DNA from: Histomonas meleagridis 2922-C6/04-290x
Taxonomy: Eukaryota > Protista > Parabasalia
Reading direction: 5' to 3'
Length of the DNA: 64,000 bases
Assembly (NCBI GenBank): GCA_020184695.1
Contig: JAANOX010000097.1
Coordinates: 109,880 to 173,879, forward strand
In this document: piece after piece, positions 12,009 through 23,074 of the stretch
Position numbering within the stretch: position 1 is the stretch's first letter
How the letters are laid out: every line of letters starts with the position of its first letter
The notes under the pieces: generated by a model
Databases searched by the model: none
Seen by the model: the letters and a program-made list of their open reading frames with translations, nothing else
What the model was told of the DNA's origin: nothing
Translations under genes and position numbers: made by a program

Positions 12009-13289
12009 TTATTTTCTGTAAAACCGAGGCGGTGACTTTGATCTCCGTTTAGCATTTTTCTTTTCTATTTCATTCTGTTTCTTCATTATGCGCTTCTGTT
12101 GTTTATTCATCTTTTTTGCAGCAGCTTTCTCCTTCCTTATCTGTGTTTTTGACTTCTTCTTTTGTTCTTGAATGAACTTTGGCTCTTGTATTTTGAAGGT
12201 TTTTGGTTTCTTTTTGATTCCTATCATTCCTGATGTTGTCTCCATTACCCTCCCAAAATCTGCTGGTGAGAGTTTTAACATCCGCCCATACTTTTCCATC
12301 TCTTTTCTTCTGTCGATTAACTCTGAAATATCAGGAAGAATTGATGAAATGGCAGATCTTTTGGAATAATCATAAACAGCAAAAGAGTGTAATGCCTTCT
12401 TGCAAATTGTTCTGAGGGTTATGGAATGTGATGTTCGACATCCGAAAAATCTGTCATGAAATTGAGGATCTTCAAATAAAAAAGCTTCAGGTGAACGCTC
12501 AGTCACCATATTTGTCTTTTCTTTGGAGAACAACTTGCCACCATCAATTGTTGATATGCCTGTTAAGAAATAATTGATTTTATTAGCTAATATATCAAAC
12601 AAATAAATTAGAAGCTCCCCTAAATTTGAAGCATCTGGACAAGATTGAAATGCAAATAAAACTAAGTTGATAAGTTGGTTTGATCCAAACCCACCTGTTG
12701 ATGGATCGTCTATTTTATTAGCATAAATAAACAATTTGATAAACATAAGCATTGGTTTGAATAATGGGTTTGACTTTAATATTGATCTGACTCTAGGAAC
12801 ATTTAGTGCACCATTTATGTTCGAAATGCAAATATCGATTTTGAATCCAAACGGTCGCTCAGTTAACTTAACGATAGGAACGGTTGCATGATCAAGGACT
12901 AAGAAATTTGAGATCATTCTTGATTTTAAGAAGATTTTTGTAAGAGTTCTCAAAATTGTGCTTATCGGAATATTCGAGAGGACGTTTAATACGATAAGGT
13001 CGATATCACTCACAGGAAGATATGTACCATTTGAAGAAGAACCTTGAGGAATACAAACGCATTCTGGAAAATAATCCTGTATGAGCTTTGTGAAGCGAGT
13101 GATTACTAGAAGCCTAACTCGTTCTTCAAATTCTGTTGGCTCGAGCCATTTTGCTATGTCAAGTATTTCATGATGTAATCGAGTTGTTATCTCTGGTTCG
13201 AAATAGCATGTTTCTTCTGCCCATGGGCCAACATCGTACAAATCTTCAAGATTCGAATTTTCCCTTAAAATCGCAAAAACATTTTCCAT
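12009..13289 (-). CDS. TRF4/PAPD5-like non-canonical poly(A) polymerase
   Basis: GSSSNGTYLPVSDIDL nucleotidyltransferase motif, third Asp in KIDI, GGFGS, basic C-terminal tail; likely ATG at 13289 (MENVF). Confidence 0.88.
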   Translation of the reverse strand: MENVFAILRENSNLEDLYDVGPWAEETCYFEPEITTRLHHEILDIAKWLEPTEFEERVRLLVITRFTKLIQDYFPECVCIPQGSSSNGTYLPVSDIDLIVLNVLSNIPISTILRTLTKIFLKSRMISNFLVLDHATVPIVKLTERPFGFKIDICISNINGALNVPRVRSILKSNPLFKPMLMFIKLFIYANKIDDPSTGGFGSNQLINLVLFAFQSCPDASNLGELLIYLFDILANKINYFLTGISTIDGGKLFSKEKTNMVTERSPEAFLFEDPQFHDRFFGCRTSHSITLRTICKKALHSFAVYDYSKRSAISSILPDISELIDRRKEMEKYGRMLKLSPADFGRVMETTSGMIGIKKKPKTFKIQEPKFIQEQKKKSKTQIRKEKAAAKKMNKQQKRIMKKQNEIEKKNAKRRSKSPPRFYRK

Positions 13290-13349
13290 TCTGGTCGAGC
13301 ACTTAACGGCTTCCAATTGAATATAAATTTTGTACGTTAAAACTTTATG

Positions 13350-15623
13350 AAGTAAAACAGTTTCCCAATTTAAAGTTCGCTTTTTCTTCTGTGCGATTTC
13401 TATAAGATGCAAAAATAAGTTGTGTTTCAAGTTTATAAAATAATTTCCGAAAATCATTTTGAAATATCAAATTGCAAAAATAAAAATCAAATAATATGAA
13501 TAAATATCATAATTAATTTCAGTTCCTTTTTGTTCAATAATTTGATTAACTATATCATAATGATTGTTTTCATTTGCTAAAATAAGTGCTGATTTAAATA
13601 TTTAAAATAATTTCCAAATATTATTTATTAATTTTAAGTTAATAATATAAACATTAAATAAAATACATATATATCTTTAGCATTAATATCTATTTCTTTA
13701 TGTTCAAGAAGTAATTTCACTACTTCTTTGTTATCGTTTATCGATGCAATCATAACTTCTGTTTGAAATAATTTAAATAATTTCCAAGTATTATAAAATT
13801 ATCCAAAATTATTTCTACAAATATTAAATTAAACAAATAAATATTTTTTGCATTAATATCAATACTTTTTTGTTCAATAAGTAATTTAACAATTTCTACG
13901 AATCCCTTAGAAGCTGCAATTCCAAGTGCTGTTTCAAATAATTTGAATAATTTCCAAAAATTATTTTGAATTTCGAAATTATTATACCAAATATTAAACA
14001 AAATAAAAAAATATTTTTATGATTAATTTCAATTCCTTCTAGTTCAAGAAGAAATTTAACAACTTCAGTACTACCTTTCATAGATGCATCCATAAGTGCG
14101 GTATAAAATAATTTAAATGATTTCCAGAAATATTTTAAAAATATCAAAATATTTAAGTAAATAGTATAAAAAAAATTATAAACAGTTTTAAAGTTCAGAT
14201 CAAAATATTCATTTTTAACAAGGAACTTAAAAATTTCTTTATTCCAATGACTATATGATACTCCCCTTAAACCCAAAAAATTTAATTTGTAATTATGTTG
14301 TTCAATAAAAAATTGTGAAATTAACAAATTACCAACATTTAAAGAAGTATAAAAAAGACTTCTTTGGAATTTATCACGCAAAAAAGAGAAAATTTCATAA
14401 TTATCATAGAAAATACAATAGTTTCCTAATTGATCGATACCATAATACATGAGCATACATCAAAACTTTGGATGCAAACTTTCGATTTTTTCTAAATTAT
14501 TTTCATATATATAATGAAAGATATCATTTCGATGAAACATAATTGCTGTTTCATATGCACCTTCAAATGATGAATGATTTTGTTCACATAAATGAATGAT
14601 TTCTTCATTTCCACCTGCAATTGCATATTTACCTGTATTTTCTAAACTTGCGCCATTCATAAGTAAATATTTAAAACATTTAACTGAAGAAAAAAATGCT
14701 GCATAATCAATTAATGTAACATTTTCTTGATTAATAAAAGAACATCTTTCATAGAGTGATGGTTCAATCATTTGGTTAAAGTCAAAATTTGTTTGTGATG
14801 TTATTTCTTGAAGTTTTTCTATTTCATCATTTCGAATTATTTGTGCAATTTCATTTGGATTATATCCCTCTTTAATTAATTGCTTATGAAGTTCCCAATT
14901 ATTCTTTGATAGTTCTTCATAATTATCAATAAATTTCTTTCTGAACGGATCATGTGCAATTATTAAGTTTAAGTCTTCTATATAATGCGCAAAATATAAT
15001 GTGCACTGATTTTTTAATATCAATGGATCAATGATATTTTCTTCAACCATTTTATAAAGAAGATAATTTGATTCTTGATTGGAATCACATATTAACATTT
15101 GAACAAAAAGATTAATTATTTTATCATTTGATTTATATTCCATTTCATTAATTTCAAGTTCTTTTAAATACTTTATACATATATCATCAAGACCTTTACA
15201 AACAAAAAAAGAATATATTAATCTACAAATAATTAAGTTGTATGATAACAAATATTCTTCATTAATATAAATTAAAGTAGAGTCAGCTGATTTTTTGATA
15301 TTATCTTCATTTAATTCAAAAATAATTTGTTCAATGCATTGCAATATTTGAAGATTTTTTTCGTATTTATTTGCTTGTCTTTTATTGTTAGTGTTTTGTT
15401 GTGTTGGAGAATTATTTTTAGGTATAGAATTTCTCCCAGGAACATATATAGACTTAGTTGGTTGTGTATTATCTGGTATATAAACAGGATAAATAGGTGC
15501 TGTTACATGTGAAACAAAATGTGGCTTACTTGGAATATCAAAATTATTACTTGAATTTTGTTCTTTTTGTGTATTAATGTTTTGTTGTGTTGAATTTTGT
15601 TGCGTTGAATTAAAGGTGTTCAT
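13350..15623 (-). CDS. DUF3447/ankyrin locus: intact N-module + DUF3447, frameshift near 14460, then 5 spacer-interrupted ankyrin repeats
   Basis: ORFs 14460..15623 and 13896..14456; spacers measured at 84, 83, 83, 83 and 83 nt. Confidence 0.7.
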
Positions 15624-15784
15624 CTCTTCTTTAGGTAAATTGGCAAGTAATAATTATGAGAACGTTTATTATGGAGGTTATGGTTTATTTTATACATGAA
15701 ACACAAGAATGGAAAACATAGCAAAATGTTTTATATATATAATTTAGTAAATTAGTTATATGGTCTATGACATAGACTCACATG

Positions 15785-16912
15785 TCATTCATCAAATAGT
15801 AGTGGCTCTTTTTCATTTTCCTTTGCTTGTGAAACGTGAAACAAATATTTTCTGTGTCTACCTTCTTCAGCTGTTATATACTTCAGTCCACAGTGACAAA
15901 ATTTTAAATTTTTATGGTGGAGTATCTTTTTCATAAAATTAACTTTTTTAACTTTAAGAACAGGGAAAAATCCAAATAATTCTTTTTTATAATTTTTATA
16001 TGTGAATACCTTTGTATTAATATCAAAAGCATTAGCTCCAATTTTTGGACTTCGAACTCCTGTATAAAACACATTTAAGTTACTTATACCAATGAAAGCA
16101 TTGTTTTGGATTTCATTAAGATTAGGTCCAAAATGAACTGATTCTAAATTTGTACATCCAAAAAATGCATTATGATAAATAAACCGAATTTTTGGTAAAC
16201 ATAATTGAGTGATTCCAGTACATTTATAAAATGAATATGCCATAATTGTAATATCTTTTTTGTGTGAAGTAAAATCTCCAATTCTTCCTGGTGGAAATAT
16301 ATATATTCCTCTAAATCCCTTATAATGAAGAATTCCATCATTTTCAATGTTATAAATATGTGTACTTGAAGCAAATATCTTCATCAGAAAATAACATTTA
16401 TAAAACGCTGTATATCCAACTTTGATTATAAAATTACCTAGGTTGATCTCTCTTATTTTTGCTTTTGAAAAAGAATATTGTTCTAAAATTTTTAAATGAT
16501 TAAGTCCTTGAATTGTTTCTAAATTGTAACATGAATCAAACGCATTTTGACCAATTTCAGTTAAAATGTCGTTACCAATAAATTCTTTAAGATTAATACA
16601 ATGACGAAAAGCCTCAGTTCCTATGAAAAGAACTTGTGACAAAGACATATCCAATTTAGTGATTTTATTCCAACAATAAAATGCTCTATGCATAATATGA
16701 GTAACACCTTCTGTTAGTATAACTTTAGTGTAAGTGCTTTGTTGATACATTCCCTCATTGATTACAGATTGAGAAATGATTAATGTTGAGTTTGTAGTAA
16801 TTTCATGCTCATCATCAGGTTGAAAAGCTTCATTATCTTTCCCTTCTAATGAATAAACATAATTTATTTTTCTTGCACACATTAGAATAGAAAAAAGAAA
16901 TATATGATTCAT
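15785..16912 (-). CDS. BspA-like leucine-rich repeat (TpLRR/LRR_5) protein without a TM anchor
   Basis: Repeats of the form L..I...AF..C..L; hydrophobic N-terminus. Confidence 0.8.
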   Translation of the reverse strand: MNHIFLFSILMCARKINYVYSLEGKDNEAFQPDDEHEITTNSTLIISQSVINEGMYQQSTYTKVILTEGVTHIMHRAFYCWNKITKLDMSLSQVLFIGTEAFRHCINLKEFIGNDILTEIGQNAFDSCYNLETIQGLNHLKILEQYSFSKAKIREINLGNFIIKVGYTAFYKCYFLMKIFASSTHIYNIENDGILHYKGFRGIYIFPPGRIGDFTSHKKDITIMAYSFYKCTGITQLCLPKIRFIYHNAFFGCTNLESVHFGPNLNEIQNNAFIGISNLNVFYTGVRSPKIGANAFDINTKVFTYKNYKKELFGFFPVLKVKKVNFMKKILHHKNLKFCHCGLKYITAEEGRHRKYLFHVSQAKENEKEPLLFDE

Positions 16913-17386
16913 GAAAGAAGATAATGAAGAAAATAAAATGATACATATACAAACAATTCAAAATGTGAAAAAACTTTAGAAAATATCAAAAATGGATGAT
17001 AATATAAAAATTATCATTTTTTGGAACCTTCAATTTTTACACAAGCATCGTTAATATGAAATTAAAGTTAAGTATCAAATGCATCATATATTATCAAATT
17101 TTAATGACTTTAAAACAATTTATCGATAGAAAGTTTAAAATTTAATTATGATTTCAAAAGATTATTAATGGAATGAATGAGCACATTAAACAATATTTTA
17201 ATAATGTATCTAAAATGTTATTACCTTTGATAATTTATTTAAATTAAGTTTTATTTTTGAACATTACATAAAAAACACATCCATTTATAAAAAATATCCA
17301 AAAAACTAAAGTGTGAATTGTGTTTTTATGTTATAACTTTGTGATAAAATCATTTCGTTAAAAAAATATATTTTTTCTGGTACAAT

Positions 17387-19126
17387 ATGCTGATATATCT
17401 TTTGATATATGACATAGAAAAAATTAAGTTATCCATCCAAATAGATCCAAATGCATCTAATGGGAAAGGTGGCGCATTTCTCAATTGGTCTCAAGTTTCT
17501 GCAACAAATGTTTTTTATAAGGTATTTCAACAAAAGAATGATCAAGACTGGGAACAAATAAGCACATATACAAAAGGAGATACAGTAAAAGTATTAAATA
17601 TTTACCCTCACATTACATCAAATGGTCCATTTTATAGAGGATGTCATTTTTATTATCCTTCCTTATGTATTTTTCAGTTTGGTTCAGACACTAAAAAAAT
17701 TGTATTATCTAAATCAGCATCTTTAAAAGTTTGGATGGAAGGAGGAACAATGAAATGTTTCGGCGTTCCCAAAAGAAATTTCAAGGCTTTTGGAAAAGAT
17801 CCTGAAACTGGGAAACAACTAATAAGTGTTACATATGTTTCTGTGACTGAATTTGGTTCAGATCCTTCAATAATTGATGATTATGATGTTGTAATGTTTG
17901 GTTCATGGGATTCTAATGGGTGCGTTTCAATTTCAACTGATTCAGTGGAAAATTATGTTAAACCTTTTATTGAAAAAGGAGGTGGTGTAATTATTGGACA
18001 TGATATCCTAAGTAAAGTATTTATGGAACTCTTTTCAAAACCAGAATCATTACTTGCACTATCAAAATCGCATTTTGGTATAGAAGTTTATCCAAAAGAT
18101 ACGAATAGAGATCTTGATGCAACAAGGATAGGTTTTGCAACAATAAGAAAGAGTGGAATTCTTACAAGTTATCCTTGGTATATTGGAGACGTTGGTAAAA
18201 TTCTAAATATACCTACAACTCATGCTTATTATCAATATTCAATAGGTGATGTATGGCTTGTTTTAGGACCATCTGTAAATGAAGATTGGGATAGACAACG
18301 ATTTTATCTTTCAGTATATAATAATACAGCAACAATACAAACAGGACATTCAAATGGTGAATCAACAGATGAAGAACAAAAAATTATTGCAAATTTAATA
18401 TATTATCTAAAGAAAAAGACGGAAAAAACAAGTTTTACTGATCACTCATCAAATGATGATGATGCACCAATCGTGAATTTACACTGTAAAAGTAATATTT
18501 ATCATTTAACTTGGGAAGGTGTTGATATAGGCACTAAATATCGGTATAAAGTTCAAGCATTTAATAACAATAATGAAAAAGATCCAATTGGGGAATCAGA
18601 TACTGAAATAGGCGAAGTAAAAACAGGAATAAATGGATTTTATTATTGTATTGATGGACATAAAAACACCAATATTATTGGAAACGAAAAGATCGAAATT
18701 TTTACGAAAGAAACATCACATAAAATAGAAAATTTCGAAGAACAGAAATATTTTCATATTGCTGCAAAAGATAATGCAGGAAACCTTGGAAAAACAGAAC
18801 ATTGCTATATACAGCCACTCCCAACTCCATCAATGTCACCACTACGAACGCAAGAAATTGGCATTATCGATAATCGGGAACTCATTTCAAATTTATCTCC
18901 AACCACTCAATATATGTTAATTGCTTGTGGATGTATAGCAATAATTGGATCAATTATTGGTGGTTTTGTGCTTTATAGATATTTCAAGAAAGCAGATGAT
19001 GTTTTAGACCAACAAATTGAATTCCAATCAAAACAAAGAAGAGAGCAAGTAACTCAAAATTATTTTAATCCTTTATATGATAGTAAAGGTGAAGTTGATC
19101 CATTTGCTGTTGACTTCGAAAAATAA
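17387..19126 (+). CDS. Type I membrane surface protein with a bacterial-like ectodomain and NPxY/DPF tail
   Basis: N-terminal hydrophobic segment; DYDVVMFGSWDSNG..GGGVIIGHD..TGHSNG..EEQKIIANL; beta-sandwich-like segment; TM LIACGCIAIIGSIIGGFVLY; tail NPLY..DPF..DF. Confidence 0.8.
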   Translation: MLIYLLIYDIEKIKLSIQIDPNASNGKGGAFLNWSQVSATNVFYKVFQQKNDQDWEQISTYTKGDTVKVLNIYPHITSNGPFYRGCHFYYPSLCIFQFGSDTKKIVLSKSASLKVWMEGGTMKCFGVPKRNFKAFGKDPETGKQLISVTYVSVTEFGSDPSIIDDYDVVMFGSWDSNGCVSISTDSVENYVKPFIEKGGGVIIGHDILSKVFMELFSKPESLLALSKSHFGIEVYPKDTNRDLDATRIGFATIRKSGILTSYPWYIGDVGKILNIPTTHAYYQYSIGDVWLVLGPSVNEDWDRQRFYLSVYNNTATIQTGHSNGESTDEEQKIIANLIYYLKKKTEKTSFTDHSSNDDDAPIVNLHCKSNIYHLTWEGVDIGTKYRYKVQAFNNNNEKDPIGESDTEIGEVKTGINGFYYCIDGHKNTNIIGNEKIEIFTKETSHKIENFEEQKYFHIAAKDNAGNLGKTEHCYIQPLPTPSMSPLRTQEIGIIDNRELISNLSPTTQYMLIACGCIAIIGSIIGGFVLYRYFKKADDVLDQQIEFQSKQRREQVTQNYFNPLYDSKGEVDPFAVDFEK

Positions 19127-19364
19127 ACACCAAGATTGGTGGTTTTAAAACCTACTTCTATAAGTAAAAAAATAATTTATATCAATTATTTTTTCAACAA
19201 TTGAATTCCAAAACAAATGAATATAAACGTTTTTAACCTCATCATAATTGTAAAAAACCGAAAAAATGAACTTTTTTTTTGAGAAGTGAAATTACACGCC
19301 GCTACGTCAGCTTAAACGTCCGCGTGAATTTCTGAACTTTATATTCATGTGAACCGATAAAAAA

Positions 19365-19919
19365 ATGAAGAAAAAGGTCATTCTCCTTGATATTGATGGA
19401 ACTCTCAATAACTTTCAAGAATATTTTATTTCTGAGTTTCAAAAGCGATACCCTGAACTTATTGATCCTTCAAATCCTCCAAAAAGTCATATTGATATAA
19501 TGAATATTGATAGACAAAAAGGACTTGCTTTACTTCAAGAACCACACTTTACAGAAGGCATGACGCCATTAAGAGGTGCAGTGAAAGCGCTTCATGAAAT
19601 GGAAGCCCGTGGTCATAATGTTTTCTTTTGTACGTCACTAGTAACAGATCACTCAGATACACTTCGTGACAGAGTTCAATGGATTGGAAAGTGGTTTGGT
19701 GAGAAGTGGATGAACAGGGTGATTTTTGCACATGATAAAACAATGGTAAGAGGAGATTTTCTTGTTGATGATTCTCCAAAAAAAGCACGAGGGATTTTAC
19801 CGCCAACATGGAAATACATTGCTTTTGATGCAGAACACAACCAGTGTGATACTTGTGATTATCGTATCTATGATTGGGATAATTTAGATATGTTTTTCGG
19901 AATCATCGAAAAAGATTAA
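19365..19919 (+). CDS. HAD-family 5'(3')-deoxyribonucleotidase (NT5C/NT5M-like)
   Basis: ILLDIDGTL (DxD), DKT and LVDDSP motifs. Confidence 0.85.
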   Translation: MKKKVILLDIDGTLNNFQEYFISEFQKRYPELIDPSNPPKSHIDIMNIDRQKGLALLQEPHFTEGMTPLRGAVKALHEMEARGHNVFFCTSLVTDHSDTLRDRVQWIGKWFGEKWMNRVIFAHDKTMVRGDFLVDDSPKKARGILPPTWKYIAFDAEHNQCDTCDYRIYDWDNLDMFFGIIEKD

Positions 19920-20641
19920 GTTATTAAATAACCAAATAAAATTTTAATTTGAACTTGTTTTACAAATTGGTAAATATCTGAAAGTTCATTCTTTTGTTAC
20001 ATAAATTATATAAAACGCACACCATTGAATCTTCCTATCATGTGAATATATTTTTATTTAAAAATATATGTTGAATGTGAAATATTTGCAGAGCCGACCA
20101 TTTTCGTTGTTTGTAAACTTATCAATTCCAGAAATCTCGTCCTATCGTTTCTTTTTCCAACGAAAACTTCACTTCAAAATATGTTTATTTCATACATATT
20201 TTCATTTCGTGGTTCAATAAACAAATGCAAAAAACCACTAAATGAATTCAAATAATAATTATGGTCAAAATAAAATATTTTAATTCCAAATATAAATATA
20301 TCAAAGTTGAAGATTATTTAATAATCGACCAATAAAATAGTTATAGAACACAAATAATCATTGTTGATTTTGTTTATGAAAAACTATAACAACAGGTGAT
20401 GATCATTCTCCAAAATTCCTTTGAAAAGCTTCCGCTCATTTTTTGACGAAATCTTCGGAAAAAGTTGTATCAGCAAAAAATCGGCGATTCAAAATTTGAT
20501 ATTTGTATCCATCATAGCCGCTAACCACACAATTGAACAATTTCCGGTGCTGTACCCATCGTTAAAAAAACGCTAGAATTTGATTTCAATTTTTGAAAAC
20601 GTTTTCAATATAATCAAAATCTTAGCACCGGTGCAAAAAAC

Positions 20642-22036
20642 ATGTTTCTTTTCTTATTTTTAATTAATAACATTGTATGTTCCGAAGAACTTACCATCGA
20701 AGATGATGAAGTTATTGAAGCTAATGATTACTCTTCCTATAAATTAACGACCAAATATTTGACTATCGGAAAAGGTGTTAAAAACATCTCAAAGAAGGCT
20801 TTTACTGAATGGCCATCTCTTGAAGAAGTAAAAATTGGGGATTCAGTTCTTTATATTGATGAATATGCATTTTCTGAATGTAAAAATTTAAAGAATGTTC
20901 AATTAGGTGATAGTATTAAAGGGATATTATACGGTGCATTTACTCAAACAAACATAGAAAAAATATCCCTTCCAGATTCTGTTGAAGAACTTGGACCATC
21001 AGTTTTTTTAAAATGTTCCTCATTAAAGACCATTACATTTCCAAATTCCCTCAAGACATTTGGTCGAAATCTCTTTCAAGATTGTGATAATTTACAGTCA
21101 GTCACGCTCAGTCAAAATCTTGAATCCATTCCATCGTTTTGTTTTGACAATTGCAAGAACTTAGAGAACATCGAAATACCCAAAACAGTTATCAGGATTC
21201 AAGAGCATGCATTTGATAGTTGTTATAAACTCGACGACATTACGTTCAGTGAAAACCTCCAAATCATTGAATACAAAGCATTTTATTGTTGCGAAAGCTT
21301 AACAAAGATAACAATACCATCCACAGTCACTGAGTTAGGCACACATGTCTTTGAACAATGTTATAGTCTTGAAGAAGTTGAATATGATACCTCGATCACA
21401 ATTATTCCAGAGTCCACATTTAATAGGTGCGATCTTAGCGAGTTTACCATCCCTGACACTGTTCAAACCATTGGCGCATATGCATTCCAATTATGCACCA
21501 ATTTAGTCACAGTTCGAATCGGTAAAGGAGTTAGCTGGATTAAAGATCAAGCATTTGCTTATTGCAATAAGCTGGAATGCATTTATTATTATGGCGAAGA
21601 ATCACCAGAATATGAATCTAAGGCGTTCTATAGCATTGACACTAAGAAGGTATATGTTTCGGATGATTATGATGACGACGAATTCTGCGGAATGTCTGTG
21701 AAGAAGGACTCGGAATGCAGTGTGTCAAAGGAACTCGCAATACCTTTGGCACTTATCATAGTGATTGTGGTTGCGGCAGTGTTTATCGTATTCATTACAA
21801 TCATCGTGTGCATGGTGTTGGCGAGAAGAAGAAGAAGAAGATACGGAAATAGATCGCAAAAGGCTTCGTCAAAGAAGAAGAAGAAAGACCTTTACATCCA
21901 ACAAAATAATTATACGGAACCAGCACAAAATTACACGTACCAACAACAGCCGCAATACGTGCCAGCAAATGAGTATATGCCACAACAAGCAGTCGAGGTA
22001 GAAGAGGCGCACTACGATAACCCATATCAGTTTTGA
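20642..22036 (+). CDS. BspA-like LRR surface protein with TM and a Tyr/Gln-rich cytoplasmic tail
   Basis: About 11 TpLRR repeats, TM LAIPLALIIVIVVAAVFIVFITIIVCMVLA, RRRRRR stop-transfer, tail ending YDNPYQF. Confidence 0.92.
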   Translation: MFLFLFLINNIVCSEELTIEDDEVIEANDYSSYKLTTKYLTIGKGVKNISKKAFTEWPSLEEVKIGDSVLYIDEYAFSECKNLKNVQLGDSIKGILYGAFTQTNIEKISLPDSVEELGPSVFLKCSSLKTITFPNSLKTFGRNLFQDCDNLQSVTLSQNLESIPSFCFDNCKNLENIEIPKTVIRIQEHAFDSCYKLDDITFSENLQIIEYKAFYCCESLTKITIPSTVTELGTHVFEQCYSLEEVEYDTSITIIPESTFNRCDLSEFTIPDTVQTIGAYAFQLCTNLVTVRIGKGVSWIKDQAFAYCNKLECIYYYGEESPEYESKAFYSIDTKKVYVSDDYDDDEFCGMSVKKDSECSVSKELAIPLALIIVIVVAAVFIVFITIIVCMVLARRRRRRYGNRSQKASSKKKKKDLYIQQNNYTEPAQNYTYQQQPQYVPANEYMPQQAVEVEEAHYDNPYQF

Positions 22037-22588
22037 GTGTAAGCGATTATTAATAATTAAATTGTTTTTTAATTAACTGAGCAAATGACTTTCAGTGTAA
22101 TATTTGCATTTATAATAAAAAATTCCTTTTGGATAATGTTTTGATTTGAAGGGAATTAAAAGAGATTAAAAATATGTAATTTTGAATTTGAACAAAAACA
22201 CAATGTCTATTCCCAAAAATTTAAATTAGCAATATTAGAATTAATATGTACATATTAATTCACAAGTCCGCTTGATTAAATATGGTTTCATCACAACTGT
22301 ATATAATTTGCGAAGAATCGTTTGATATTTACTTTTCCCTTGTGAAAATAATTTCGCAACTTTATGTAAATTTAAACAATTCTTGTTTAAATAAAAGAAT
22401 AATTTAATAACTAATTTTGATATATTATCAAGTCCTCCATTAGAACTACAATCAAAAAGCATTAATATTTCATTATTTTGTGAACTTTTTTCACTACTGT
22501 TGAGTGAGACAAAGTCGGTCAATTTTTAAATACCTTTTGATCACAAGGAGAACGTTATGTTTTTGGGGTGCCCTTGTTGAGCTTAGGG

Positions 22589-23074
22589 ATGATTGGGGAA
22601 AGCGATGACGATTTAATTACATCCTCTTTCAAAAAATCACTCGATGCTACAAAAGACATCTTTTCCCAAGCAATAGAACATGGAAATCGTTTGATTAATA
22701 TGAAAGAAGAAAAAATGAATGAAAGTCAATTATTACTTGAAGCAGCATCTTCTTTGCATTCAACAGCAAATAGATTCATTGCTTTGAGTGATGGGTTTAA
22801 TGAAAATCGTGATAAAAGTTTAATCGAACAATTATGTGACACAAATACAAAATTAGAAAGTGCTTTTGTTGCTCTAAATGACTATTTAGCAGCAAGCACA
22901 TCATCAAGCTCAGTAACTGTTAAAAAATTAATAACTGTAGCATCACCATTTCTCCCTTTGGCAATGCATTATTGCTTTGATAAAATGAAAAAAGAGCCTT
23001 CTAAGCCACGAACACCACCTCCAAAACTACCAGAAGATGAAGAAACATCAAAAATATATTTTGCAATCAGTTGA
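22589..23074 (+). CDS. Hypothetical helical protein
   Basis: ORF with first ATG at 22589; no recognisable motif. Confidence 0.55.
   Translation: MIGESDDDLITSSFKKSLDATKDIFSQAIEHGNRLINMKEEKMNESQLLLEAASSLHSTANRFIALSDGFNENRDKSLIEQLCDTNTKLESAFVALNDYLAASTSSSSVTVKKLITVASPFLPLAMHYCFDKMKKEPSKPRTPPPKLPEDEETSKIYFAIS

Noticed and set aside
11867-12055. 62-aa ORF on the minus strand
   Set aside because: It is the antisense reading of tRNA-Pro and the end of the TRF4-like gene
22241-22522. 93-aa ORF upstream of the hypothetical gene
   Set aside because: Non-ATG start, no motif, composition like intergenic DNA
22568-22586. 19-nt GT..AG mini-intron after an upstream ATG
   Set aside because: The spliced frame hits TGA within 7 codons; no branch motif
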